A stretch of 64,000 nucleotides of DNA from an uncultured Gemmatimonadales bacterium (GTDB lineage Bacteria > Gemmatimonadota > Gemmatimonadetes > Gemmatimonadales > Gemmatimonadaceae). This document shows, piece by piece, positions 20,659 through 29,822 of the stretch (the stretch's first letter is position 1; each line of letters starts with the position of its first letter). A program made the translations under genes and the position numbers. The notes under the pieces were generated by a model. That model was not told the origin of the DNA. It made no database searches and saw nothing but the letters and a program-made list of their open reading frames with translations. The DNA lies in contig CAWKMU010000004.1 of assembly GCA_963850905.1 (NCBI GenBank), positions 320,001-384,000 on the forward strand, written 5' to 3'.

Positions 20659-21720
20659 GTGACCGACATTCAGATTAAAAAGAGCGGATCCCGGAAGCCA
20701 CGTCCGGCGGATGCGGATCTGGTATTCGGGACGGTGTTCACGGACCACATGTTCGTGATGGACTACTCCGACGACCATGGGTGGCATTGTCCGCGCGTCG
20801 AGCCCTATCAAGCGTTGCCGCTCGATCCCGCGGCGATGGCTTTACAGTATGGGCAGTCGGTGTTCGAGGGGCTCAAGGCCTACCGCTCCAAGAGCGGCTC
20901 GATCGGGATCTTCCGCCCATCCGCCCATGGGGAGCGGCTCGTCCGTTCGTGCGCGCGAATGTGCATTCCGGAGATCGACCCGGACTTGTTTGTGGAGGCC
21001 CTGAAGGCGTTGGTGCAGGTTGACGCCGAGTGGGTGCCGAGCGCCCGGGGGACCGCTTTGTATCTCCGTCCGACGGTGGTGGCGTCGGAAGCCGCACTCG
21101 GCGTACGTCCGGCGCGGCGGTTCATCTATTACGTGATCATGACGCCGGGCGGCCCGGTGTACGGCAGTGACCCGCGGCTCAAGATTTTGGTGTCCGACCG
21201 ACACGTGCGGGCGGTCCGTGGCGGCGCCGGGTTCGCGAAGACGGGCGGCAACTATGGGCCGACGTTGCTGTCGACGCGTGAGGCACAGCAACAAGGATTT
21301 CATCAGGTGCTGTTCCTCGACGGTGTGCACCGGGAGTATGTCGACGAGCTCGGCATCATGAACTTCATGGTGAGACTCGACGACGAAGTCGTCACGCCGC
21401 CGCTGTCGGACACCATCCTTGCGGGGGTCACGCGCGATTCCGTGCTGACCCTGCTGCGCGACTGGGGCGTGCCGGTCGTCGAACGCCCGCTATCGATCAC
21501 CGAGATCTTCGAAGGCGGCCGTCGCGGGCACCTCAAGGAAGCGTGGGCGACGGGGACCGGCGCCGGCATCGCGGCGATCGGCGAGTTGTCCTATCGTGGC
21601 GAGCGCTTAGTGATCAACGGGGGCGACACTGGCGCGCTCACTCGCAAGATCGACGCGGCGCTCGCCGGCATTCGCTATGGGGAGTCAGAGGATCCTCATG
21701 GCTGGATGGAGCGCCTGTAG
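20659..21720 (+). CDS. ilvE: Branched-chain amino acid aminotransferase
   Basis: FGTVFTDHM, LQYGQSVFEGLKAY, LYLRP, PLP lysine in AKTGGNY, ILAGVTRDSVL. Confidence 0.93.
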   Translation: MTDIQIKKSGSRKPRPADADLVFGTVFTDHMFVMDYSDDHGWHCPRVEPYQALPLDPAAMALQYGQSVFEGLKAYRSKSGSIGIFRPSAHGERLVRSCARMCIPEIDPDLFVEALKALVQVDAEWVPSARGTALYLRPTVVASEAALGVRPARRFIYYVIMTPGGPVYGSDPRLKILVSDRHVRAVRGGAGFAKTGGNYGPTLLSTREAQQQGFHQVLFLDGVHREYVDELGIMNFMVRLDDEVVTPPLSDTILAGVTRDSVLTLLRDWGVPVVERPLSITEIFEGGRRGHLKEAWATGTGAGIAAIGELSYRGERLVINGGDTGALTRKIDAALAGIRYGESEDPHGWMERL

Positions 21721-21843
21721 CGCTTCCCGCAGTGAGTGAGATCGCGTCGGGAGGATCGACTGCTAACGAGAGTCGGCATGACTAGAGACGCTCGGCGGCC
21801 CGGAGTCCGGATCGGGGTGGGATCAACGCGCGGTGCGCCCCTT

Positions 21844-23187
21844 TTAGGCGAGACCTGACGTGGCAAATGCAGCCTGCCGGCGTAGCACCAGCAGGATCCC
21901 GCCCGCACACAGCGACACCACCGCGAGTGCGAGAAACGCCCCGGTCATGCCGCCGGTCGCGTCCTTGAGAAGGCCGACCGCAAACGGGCCAACAAACCCC
22001 CCGACGCTGCCAATCGAGTTGACGAGCGCGATCCCGGCCGCCGCTGCACTGCCGCGAAGGATCATTGTCGGGATGCACCAAAACGGAGGGTAGAAAGCCC
22101 GCTGTCCAAGGCCAACGACCGTGAGCGCCGCGAGTGGCCCCCATGGATGCGGTAACAAGGCCGCGCCGAGAAAGCCAATCGCGATGACGACGGTGCTCGC
22201 CGCGGCGTGAAGAAAGCGCTCTTCGTTCCGGTCTGAGATGATCCCCGAGAGTATCGTCGAAACCGCAGTCAACGCACCGATCGCCCCGAAGAGAAGAGCG
22301 GTGACGCCATTACTCGTATGGAGCGCGTCACGGATCGCGATCGGGGCCCAGAAATCGAAGCTGTATGCCGTCGTGAGCAGCAGGAACCACGGGAGCGACA
22401 CCATCCACACGACGGGATTCGCCAGGGCCCGGAGCGGCTCACGAATCGACACAGTCGCTGGTGCTTCCTGGTCTCGCCGAAGACGCTCGACAAGCCAGGC
22501 CCGTTGCTCGTCCGACAGCCAGTTGGCTGCCTCCACCCGATCAGGGAGGTACGTCAGCACCGCAAACCCCAGAAGAACCAATGGAATCCCCTCGATGAGA
22601 AACAACCATTGCCAGCCGTGGAGGCCGAGATGTCCGTCGAATCCAAGCAGCCAGCCACTGATGGGGGCGCCGATCGCCTGGGAGAGAGGAATGGCGATCA
22701 TGAAGCGGGCGATCGCGCGAGCGCGCTGTGTCTGTGGAAACCACTCGCTCAGGTAGTACACAATGCCTGGGAAAAACCCGGCCTCGGCGAATCCCAGCAG
22801 GCCACGAACGAGGTAGAAGTGGCCAGGCGTGCGGACGAACATCATAGCTGACGCGATGACTCCCCAGCTGATCATGATGCGGGCGATCCACAGACGGGCG
22901 CCCACTCGAGCCAGAATCAGATTGCTCGGCACTTCGAACAGCGAATACCCAATGAAGAACACCCCCGCGCCGAACCCGTAGGCGGCGGCGCTGAAGTGCA
23001 GATCGCGGTTCATTTGCAGCGCGGCGATCGCGACGTTGGTCCGGTCGAGGAAGTTGAAGACAAACAGAATGAACAGGAACGGCAGGAGTCGCACGCTCGC
23101 TCGACGAATCGTCTCGCGCGCGATGGCCGAGTCATCCAGTTCGACAATCGTTCCCGCGGACACAGCGACATCCGCGATCGAGGCCAT
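21844..23187 (-). CDS. MFS transporter, anion:cation symporter (TtuB/tartrate-like) family
   Basis: FLDRTNV, FFIGYSLFEVPSN, GARLWIARIMISWG, GFAEAGFFPGIVYYLSEWFP. Confidence 0.93.
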   Translation of the reverse strand: MASIADVAVSAGTIVELDDSAIARETIRRASVRLLPFLFILFVFNFLDRTNVAIAALQMNRDLHFSAAAYGFGAGVFFIGYSLFEVPSNLILARVGARLWIARIMISWGVIASAMMFVRTPGHFYLVRGLLGFAEAGFFPGIVYYLSEWFPQTQRARAIARFMIAIPLSQAIGAPISGWLLGFDGHLGLHGWQWLFLIEGIPLVLLGFAVLTYLPDRVEAANWLSDEQRAWLVERLRRDQEAPATVSIREPLRALANPVVWMVSLPWFLLLTTAYSFDFWAPIAIRDALHTSNGVTALLFGAIGALTAVSTILSGIISDRNEERFLHAAASTVVIAIGFLGAALLPHPWGPLAALTVVGLGQRAFYPPFWCIPTMILRGSAAAAGIALVNSIGSVGGFVGPFAVGLLKDATGGMTGAFLALAVVSLCAGGILLVLRRQAAFATSGLA

Positions 23188-23260
23188 GTGCGCTCCGTAG
23201 TTGACGGCTATGCGACCTGCGTTCTCGGGTCGATCGCGCCGATCGCGAGCAGCATGCGCA

Positions 23261-25000
23261 TCAATACTTCCAGGCCGTCACGTTCTCTCCAGCTGGGGCA
23301 TGTGCCGTGATTGCCGCCGCCATCTCGCGTACGATCGAACCCATCTGTGCGTGACGCCACCCGTGCCCCCGAAATGGACGGCCGTAGTGAAACTCTCCGG
23401 CGACGTGTGGCGCTCGCGAGCTATCGAGGAAGCGGTCGAGGTCAACGACAGCCACATTCAAGTAGAAGTTGTCCATGTCGCCGACGTCAACGTGAATCTT
23501 GTCTACAAGCTGCGGTCCGATCCGGGACCAATTCTTCTCCGCATACGCGCGCAGGTCGTAGCCGTTGTCGCGCATGTACTGCGCGACGGCCGGGTCAATG
23601 TGGCCGGTGCGTTTGTCCCATAGCGGCTTCGGATATCCGTCATCCCCGACCGGAGAATAGACCGACTCCCATGCTTCGATCTGATCTCCCGATCGCCCGT
23701 GGCTGCCCAAGACCGCCTCATGCTGACTTTGCGATTGGTTCGTCAAGAGTGTCTGCCCGTCGTTGCCTCGCATGAACGGCCGATCGGGATGGATCCACCT
23801 GTCGATTGGGCTCGCGCCCCAGAAGTTCGCGACGTTGACATTCCCGGTCACGAAAAAGGCATTCGTATCAGTGTAGGCGTTGACGAGTCCGTAGTCGCGA
23901 AAATCGATCGGGTCCGGGAACGCTGTCCACGTGCCGCCAAAGAAGTCAGGATGGTAGAGCTGGAGCGCGAGCGACTCCCAGCCGCCTGTGGAGCCGCCGG
24001 TGAGCACCCGCGCGTACGGCTTCGCGATGATCCGGAAGTGAGATTCGATATACGGAATGAGCTCTCGCATCAGAGCGTCGCCGTATGGTCCATTGTTCGC
24101 TGAATTCACCGCGTAGGAGTCGTCGTAATAGGGCGTGGGGTGTTGAAAAGTGACCGCAATGATCCGCGGGAAGTGTGCCCCGTTCCATTCCTTGTAAAGC
24201 GCATATCCGGTTTCCCGGTTGTAGCCGACGAAGGCCGACTGTAGCCCGGAGGGATCCGGTGTGCTGTCGGTCGTGAAATTCAGCGGGGGGCTGAGGTTGA
24301 AGTGACCTTGCTGATAGAGCACCGGGTAGTGCGCGGACGGGTGGTCGTCGTAGTCCTTGGGCAAGAGCACCACGGCGCCGAGGTACATCGGCCGTCCCCA
24401 AAACTTCGTCAGCATATCGCTTTGGATCTTGATGTGCTTGACCCATTTCGTGTCGGGCGGCGTGGGAGCTGCCGGGAGGGCTTCTGTGAGCTCGAGTTTG
24501 ATATCGTATCCCTTTGCGGGGTCCAAATGCACCTGCTGCACCACGCTGACAAGGTTGCCGGGCGAGCGCGTGAGACGCTGTCCCTCCCACTGATCCATGT
24601 GCGCCCAGACTGTGCGTCCGTCGCTGCGGTGAAACTCGGTGTACACGTTGGCGAGCGCCCTCACCGTGTAGTCTCCGGCCGGGAGATCTCGCAGGGTCGG
24701 CGCCGGCCAGCCAGGTGTCGTGTCGTCGATGATCGCCGCCTGGCCTGGAGCAAGCGCACTCACATCGATACCGAATACCGGGAGGGCCGCCGTCCCCGCG
24801 CTGGTATTCTCGACCGAGATCGGATCCACCCCCGAGTCTTTGTCAATGTACACCAGGACACGACCGGTGAGCGGGTCAGCATGTAGAGAGCTCGGGAAGG
24901 AAATGGAGAATCGGAGTGGCGGACCCTTGGTCGAGTCGCTACACGCGACGGCGAGCACGGACGCCACACACACGACGGCGAGGGAGGAGCAGCGTGTCAT
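23261..25000 (-). CDS. Lipoprotein alpha/beta-hydrolase (enterochelin-esterase-like putative esterase) with intact triad
   Basis: Lipobox LAVAC; nucleophile motif LTGGSTGG; GDMDNF; HGW; NSANNGPYGDAL. Confidence 0.85.
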   Translation of the reverse strand: MTRCSSLAVVCVASVLAVACSDSTKGPPLRFSISFPSSLHADPLTGRVLVYIDKDSGVDPISVENTSAGTAALPVFGIDVSALAPGQAAIIDDTTPGWPAPTLRDLPAGDYTVRALANVYTEFHRSDGRTVWAHMDQWEGQRLTRSPGNLVSVVQQVHLDPAKGYDIKLELTEALPAAPTPPDTKWVKHIKIQSDMLTKFWGRPMYLGAVVLLPKDYDDHPSAHYPVLYQQGHFNLSPPLNFTTDSTPDPSGLQSAFVGYNRETGYALYKEWNGAHFPRIIAVTFQHPTPYYDDSYAVNSANNGPYGDALMRELIPYIESHFRIIAKPYARVLTGGSTGGWESLALQLYHPDFFGGTWTAFPDPIDFRDYGLVNAYTDTNAFFVTGNVNVANFWGASPIDRWIHPDRPFMRGNDGQTLLTNQSQSQHEAVLGSHGRSGDQIEAWESVYSPVGDDGYPKPLWDKRTGHIDPAVAQYMRDNGYDLRAYAEKNWSRIGPQLVDKIHVDVGDMDNFYLNVAVVDLDRFLDSSRAPHVAGEFHYGRPFRGHGWRHAQMGSIVREMAAAITAHAPAGENVTAWKY

Positions 25001-25055
25001 AGTGATTTCCGAGGACGAGGGAACAGCGATCTCCAGTCGGGATGGCGTGCGCGTC

Positions 25056-27191
25056 TCAGGGCTGCACGTTTGTCACCGTGATAATGCCCTGTTGCTGGAA
25101 ATGCTTGTCGTACCAGGCGATTTTCCGTTGAATGTTGTCGACGATGTGTTTCGTCTCCGCCAGGATTCGCGCCTCGCGGGGATACTGCACCAACATCGTC
25201 TCCACACCGATATCCTTGAGCGCGACGTAGTACTGCTCCGCTTCTTCGATCGGCACGATGGGATCACCCTCGCCGTGCATGAGCATGACCGGGGTGTGGA
25301 CGTTGGCTACGTATCGAATTGGCGAACGCTTCCAGGCCTCGTCCATGGTCGTCCCCTGGTGCAGCAATTCGCCAAACTCCATCTCCTCAAAGTGGTCGTA
25401 GTACGTTCGGTAGTTGAAACTGACGAGGTTGCTCACGCCGTCCATCGCCACTGCAGCCTTGAACTCATTCGTTTGGGTAACGAGCCAGTCGGTCAGCTGT
25501 CCCCCATATCCGACGCCTTCGATTCCCATGCGTTCACGATCGATCCAAATGTTGCGGCGGACCGCCGCACTGACAGCGTACAAGACATCCTGGCCTTCAT
25601 CCCCATCCGGATCGCCAAATACCGCGTCAGCGAACTGCTGGCCATAGCCAGTCGAGCCGCGGTAGTTCACATGCAGTGTCGCCCAGCCATGCGCCGCATA
25701 GACCTGATCCTGGAAGCTGAACGCAGGACCGCTTTGCCCGTGGAGGTCGGGATGTAGATCCACGATTAGTGGATATCGGAGAATGGGGGTTGTGTCGTCA
25801 GGATGCTCGACGAGCCCGCCCGGCCTCACCAAGAATGCCTGCACTACGAACCGGTTGTCATTGCTCACGAAGGTGAACGAGTCGACGGAGGCAACGCCCT
25901 TCTCCGCCAAGACCCCTCCGTTCAAATCGGTCAGTCGCCGAGAGGCGTGGGCCGGTGTCTTGAGGTAGAGCTCCGCCAGGTCGGCCGGGGTCGACAGCGC
26001 GTAGGCTACAGCACCGCCTCTCCCCGGGGAGAACGCCGTGACCGTCCCAGGCTCTGCGACGACGACCTCTGGTTGTCCCACGACGCCGTTCGGCGACACT
26101 GGCAGCCGCACGAGGTGCCAATTCCCGCGTTGCTGGACGGTGAAATACAGCGCTGACGCATCGGGGGCCCATAGCGGACGGCTCTGCCGACCGGCGACCG
26201 CGGCGCCAACGTCTCGTTGATGGCTCCCGTCCGCATCCATGAGCCACACGTGGACGTCCTCCGCGGTCGACTCGCGGTCGGTCAGCCCGCGGGTCGTAGC
26301 CGTGTACGCGATCGATTTCCCGTTCGGCGCCCACACCGGCGCGTACTTGGAGTTTTCCGTGGCGGTCAGACGGCGGATACTCCCGTCTGCGAGCTGGACA
26401 GCAAAGAGATCGTAATGAAAGAACTCGTCGGGGTTCTGGTCGTAGTCCGCTACGAAGACAATCTCCTTGCCGTCGGGAGACCATGTGATCGAATGGACGT
26501 CGCGCGTTCCGTTGGTGAGTTGCTTGACTTGCTTCGTCCCGGGATCCGCGACGAAGAGCTCGAGCCGGCGATTGTCGTTGAAGCGTGTGGCGCCGCTCCC
26601 AACGGTCGGACGGTAGAGATAGTGCGAAGCAACCCCGGGGTCGCTCGCGCTGTCATCTGGGTAGACGCCTGGAATGGCACGGATGAACGCGACCTGCTTG
26701 CTGTCAGGAGACCACAGCACATTATCGCCCTGACCGGGGTCGCGTATCACGAGCAACTCGTGGCCCAACCAACCCGGAAGCGGCAGATTCGGATCGGTCT
26801 CGCGGCTCAGAAATATCGGACCTGACCCATCCGCGTGTGCAACCCAGAGACCGCTCTGCACGCCATCGTTACCGTCGTACGCGAGCCACTTGGAATCAGG
26901 AGACCAGTGGGGCAACGACATCGAAGACTTCTCGTCGCCCAAGCGAGTCGCTTGCCCTGTCGCGACGTCCATGATCCACATCTGTTGGTACGGGCGTCCC
27001 GGCCGATCGCGAATCGCCACCGTATAGGCGAGACGTTGGCCGTCGGGCGAGAGCGCGACTTGGCCGATTGAGCGGAGCCGCGACAGATCGCTGCTTTGCA
27101 ACCCCTGAGCGCTGGCGGCCGGCGCTCGAAGCACCATACTCATTGCGAACAACGCGCCCACCGTCAGGACCGCTGCGTGACTCGAATGCAT
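25056..27191 (-). CDS. S9-family peptidase homologue (beta-propeller/PD40 repeats + hydrolase domain) with degenerate catalytic site
   Basis: Repeated WSPD motifs, VNYRGSTGYG, HGEGDPIVP; but GVGYGG in place of GxSYGG and YPREAR in place of YPxEGH. Confidence 0.85.
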   Translation of the reverse strand: MHSSHAAVLTVGALFAMSMVLRAPAASAQGLQSSDLSRLRSIGQVALSPDGQRLAYTVAIRDRPGRPYQQMWIMDVATGQATRLGDEKSSMSLPHWSPDSKWLAYDGNDGVQSGLWVAHADGSGPIFLSRETDPNLPLPGWLGHELLVIRDPGQGDNVLWSPDSKQVAFIRAIPGVYPDDSASDPGVASHYLYRPTVGSGATRFNDNRRLELFVADPGTKQVKQLTNGTRDVHSITWSPDGKEIVFVADYDQNPDEFFHYDLFAVQLADGSIRRLTATENSKYAPVWAPNGKSIAYTATTRGLTDRESTAEDVHVWLMDADGSHQRDVGAAVAGRQSRPLWAPDASALYFTVQQRGNWHLVRLPVSPNGVVGQPEVVVAEPGTVTAFSPGRGGAVAYALSTPADLAELYLKTPAHASRRLTDLNGGVLAEKGVASVDSFTFVSNDNRFVVQAFLVRPGGLVEHPDDTTPILRYPLIVDLHPDLHGQSGPAFSFQDQVYAAHGWATLHVNYRGSTGYGQQFADAVFGDPDGDEGQDVLYAVSAAVRRNIWIDRERMGIEGVGYGGQLTDWLVTQTNEFKAAVAMDGVSNLVSFNYRTYYDHFEEMEFGELLHQGTTMDEAWKRSPIRYVANVHTPVMLMHGEGDPIVPIEEAEQYYVALKDIGVETMLVQYPREARILAETKHIVDNIQRKIAWYDKHFQQQGIITVTNVQP

Positions 27192-27224
27192 GCCGATCTC
27201 CTACAATTGACGCTTTGGGAACGT

Positions 27225-28178
27225 CTACTGGGTCATATGCGCGCGAAACCACGCGATCGCCCGGGCGTCGCGGTCGAGGCGGTTATGTGATGCTCCAGCG
27301 TTGTCACCCGCGTAGATAACCACGCTATAGGGCAGTCTCAGTCGGTCGAGCGCCTCCGCCAGCTCGAGGGTCTGCATCGCGGGCACCTGCGTGTCGGCGG
27401 CGCCATGCATCAGCAAGAGCGGCGTGCGGAGTTCCTGCGCCCAGAGGATGGCCGACCGTTTGGCATTGATCTCTGCATGGTGGCGACCGTAGTCCGGGAA
27501 CAAGGTGTCACGAGCGTTCCGACTCACGGAATCGGTGGTATACAGCTCCTCGAGGTTGCTGAACGCACCGACCGTCGCTGCGGCATTCATCGGAAAGTGG
27601 TAGCGGATGGCCTGAAACGTCATCATCCCACCGCGGCCGTCACCGTACATGAACACATTGCGAGAGTCGAGGTACGGGAGCTGTTGGATCACTCGTGACA
27701 GATTCATGACGTCGTCGACGTCGGCGCCCCCCATCTCGTCGTGCCCCTCGCCACCGGCACTTTGGCGGTATTGCGGTGCGACAATGACGAAGCCGTACGG
27801 TGCCAAGCGCTCGAAGTATGGTGCGAACAGGAAGCCGACATCGCCATGCTGCATGTCACCTCGAGCGAGCACAATGACCGGATACCGTTGGGTGCCGGGA
27901 TCGCGAGGCTTGTAGACGTACGCTTTGACCTTGAGTCCGTCGCTCAGGTAGGTAATCGTCACCATCTCGTTTGAGCTGGCGCGAAGCGCTTCCGCCGCCC
28001 GGTCGTACGCGGCCGCGGTGGGGTAGTAGTGGTTGCGATCAGCCAGCTGCTGCGCCGTGAAGGTGCTCTCGACCGGATAGGTATACGGCTCGATCCGCAC
28101 GATCGTGCCATCAGTCGTCGACTGTGGACTTGGCGTCTGCAGCAGCAACATCAGCGGGAGAATCCCGAGGGTTATCAA
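27225..28178 (-). CDS. Secreted S9-like alpha/beta-hydrolase homologue with degenerate catalytic site
   Basis: YLSDGLKVKAY, APQYRQS, DEMGGADVDDV, LLMHGAADTQVP; but YGDGRGG in place of GxSRGG and YAGDNA where His is expected. Confidence 0.8.
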   Translation of the reverse strand: MITLGILPLMLLLQTPSPQSTTDGTIVRIEPYTYPVESTFTAQQLADRNHYYPTAAAYDRAAEALRASSNEMVTITYLSDGLKVKAYVYKPRDPGTQRYPVIVLARGDMQHGDVGFLFAPYFERLAPYGFVIVAPQYRQSAGGEGHDEMGGADVDDVMNLSRVIQQLPYLDSRNVFMYGDGRGGMMTFQAIRYHFPMNAAATVGAFSNLEELYTTDSVSRNARDTLFPDYGRHHAEINAKRSAILWAQELRTPLLLMHGAADTQVPAMQTLELAEALDRLRLPYSVVIYAGDNAGASHNRLDRDARAIAWFRAHMTQ

Positions 28179-28276
28179 GTCGACGCTCCACTGCCCTTGT
28201 GGCGTTTAGGGCCCAGCCGCGGCCCAACGCGCGATGCGACGCCGCGGCTGGACATCATCTGCTTGCGGCTCACCGT

Positions 28277-29821
28277 CTACTGGCAACTCGTGACGAATGT
28301 TCCCCCGCGCCCGTTCAACTCGGATGAGGGAATCGGCATAACCGTTGTGTGCGGATCTCCACTGGTGACCGAAGGGTCCTCGTGGAGCCAGGTTGTATCA
28401 GAGAGGGCTGCCATCCCGTACATCCGGATGGCAATCGTCCTGTCCGCGCTCGCCTCCCACGTCGTCGAGATCCGTTGCTCTTTCATCAAGAAATCTCGGG
28501 CCGGGGCGTACACGGCCGATACGACGGCCGGGGGGAGTCCGCCAACTCGAGTGCGGACAATGTTAGCGAGAGCGACCGCCTGTCCGTAGTTGCCCATCCC
28601 CAGCTCGATCTGCGCCGCGATCAGCGTGAGTTCCTCGTTCCGGGTGATCGGAATCGGCGCTGCTGGCAATGACGCCATGTAGTAGAGGTATTTCGACGCC
28701 ACAATGTTGTACAACGGCAGCTGTACCGGGTTGGGATTGACGATGAATTTTGCCTTGAAGCGCAGGTCATTTGCAGTATCGACGTCCGCGACGAAGTCGT
28801 TGAGCTGTGCCTCGGTGCCGATCGAACCCTGAATGGGATTGACGATATCGCCCGAGCCCGCGCTGAAATCGAAGACCACCGTATGCGCATCGGGCGCAAA
28901 CGCACCCGGCGCCGTCGGCGCGAGCGCCGTCGTGTCCCACATCGCCGATCCTTCGAGGTCGGTCAGGGCTGTGGTCAGCGCACCGCTATTCGGCGTGCCG
29001 GCCGACGAGGGTGTGGGTGCGGCGGACCCGTTTGTCGGAGTTCGGGCGTAGGCGTACGCGAGCTCGAGATTGGCCTTGGCCGCCAACGCCCGGTTGAAGG
29101 ACGCGAACGAACCGCCCGTCGATCCCGGCCCAGACGAGGCGCTCACACCGCCAAATCCCGGTGGCAGCTTGACGGGAGGAGCGACCGCACCCGCGGTGTT
29201 CAGTTGGGTATTGGCGGAATCGAGCAACGCGACGATATAGAGCCAGGCGTCTTTGAGACACACCGCTGGCGCCACCTGGGACTCTGTGAGGTTGGTCGAC
29301 AATATTGCCAGGCCAAGTGTATCGTGCGCTTCGGCGACGAGCATGTAATTGTAGGCCTGCATCGTCTGGGTCACGCCTATGATTGAGGCACTTTGCGCGG
29401 CTGAATAGGCCGGCGTGACATTTGGAAGCACCGTGAGGATCTGCTGCGCCTCGCGGATATTCGTGTATTCCTGAGCCCAAATGCCGCTCTCGAAAGCTGG
29501 TGGCGGGAAAACACCCAACGAAAACTGCAGCAGCGTTGCGTCCGCATTGTTGAAGATCCCACCGTCACGGGCGAACCCTGCTGCAATCGTCTGAACGGTG
29601 CCCGCGAAGTTAGCGATGTCGATACGCGAAGCGGCGAAGAGGCCCGTGATTGCATTCCCGATACCCGTTGGGGTCGCATCCACGGTGGTCGGTGCCGTGA
29701 GAAACGGGACATCGCTGTCCTTGCAGGCAAGCCCTATGGTCGCGGCGACCGTCAGCAGTCCCACGTGGCGGGCACGCGCAACGATTCCAGCGGTCCGGCG
29801 TGTCGCGAATGAGGATGTCAT
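28277..29821 (-). CDS. SusD/RagB-family outer-membrane lipoprotein
   Basis: ATG 1 nt after the SusC stop; lipobox IGLAC; RNEELTLIAAQ, VRTRVGGL, EQRIS..E, C-terminal MPIPSSE. Confidence 0.88.
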   Translation of the reverse strand: MTSSFATRRTAGIVARARHVGLLTVAATIGLACKDSDVPFLTAPTTVDATPTGIGNAITGLFAASRIDIANFAGTVQTIAAGFARDGGIFNNADATLLQFSLGVFPPPAFESGIWAQEYTNIREAQQILTVLPNVTPAYSAAQSASIIGVTQTMQAYNYMLVAEAHDTLGLAILSTNLTESQVAPAVCLKDAWLYIVALLDSANTQLNTAGAVAPPVKLPPGFGGVSASSGPGSTGGSFASFNRALAAKANLELAYAYARTPTNGSAAPTPSSAGTPNSGALTTALTDLEGSAMWDTTALAPTAPGAFAPDAHTVVFDFSAGSGDIVNPIQGSIGTEAQLNDFVADVDTANDLRFKAKFIVNPNPVQLPLYNIVASKYLYYMASLPAAPIPITRNEELTLIAAQIELGMGNYGQAVALANIVRTRVGGLPPAVVSAVYAPARDFLMKEQRISTTWEASADRTIAIRMYGMAALSDTTWLHEDPSVTSGDPHTTVMPIPSSELNGRGGTFVTSCQ

Positions 29822-29822
29822 A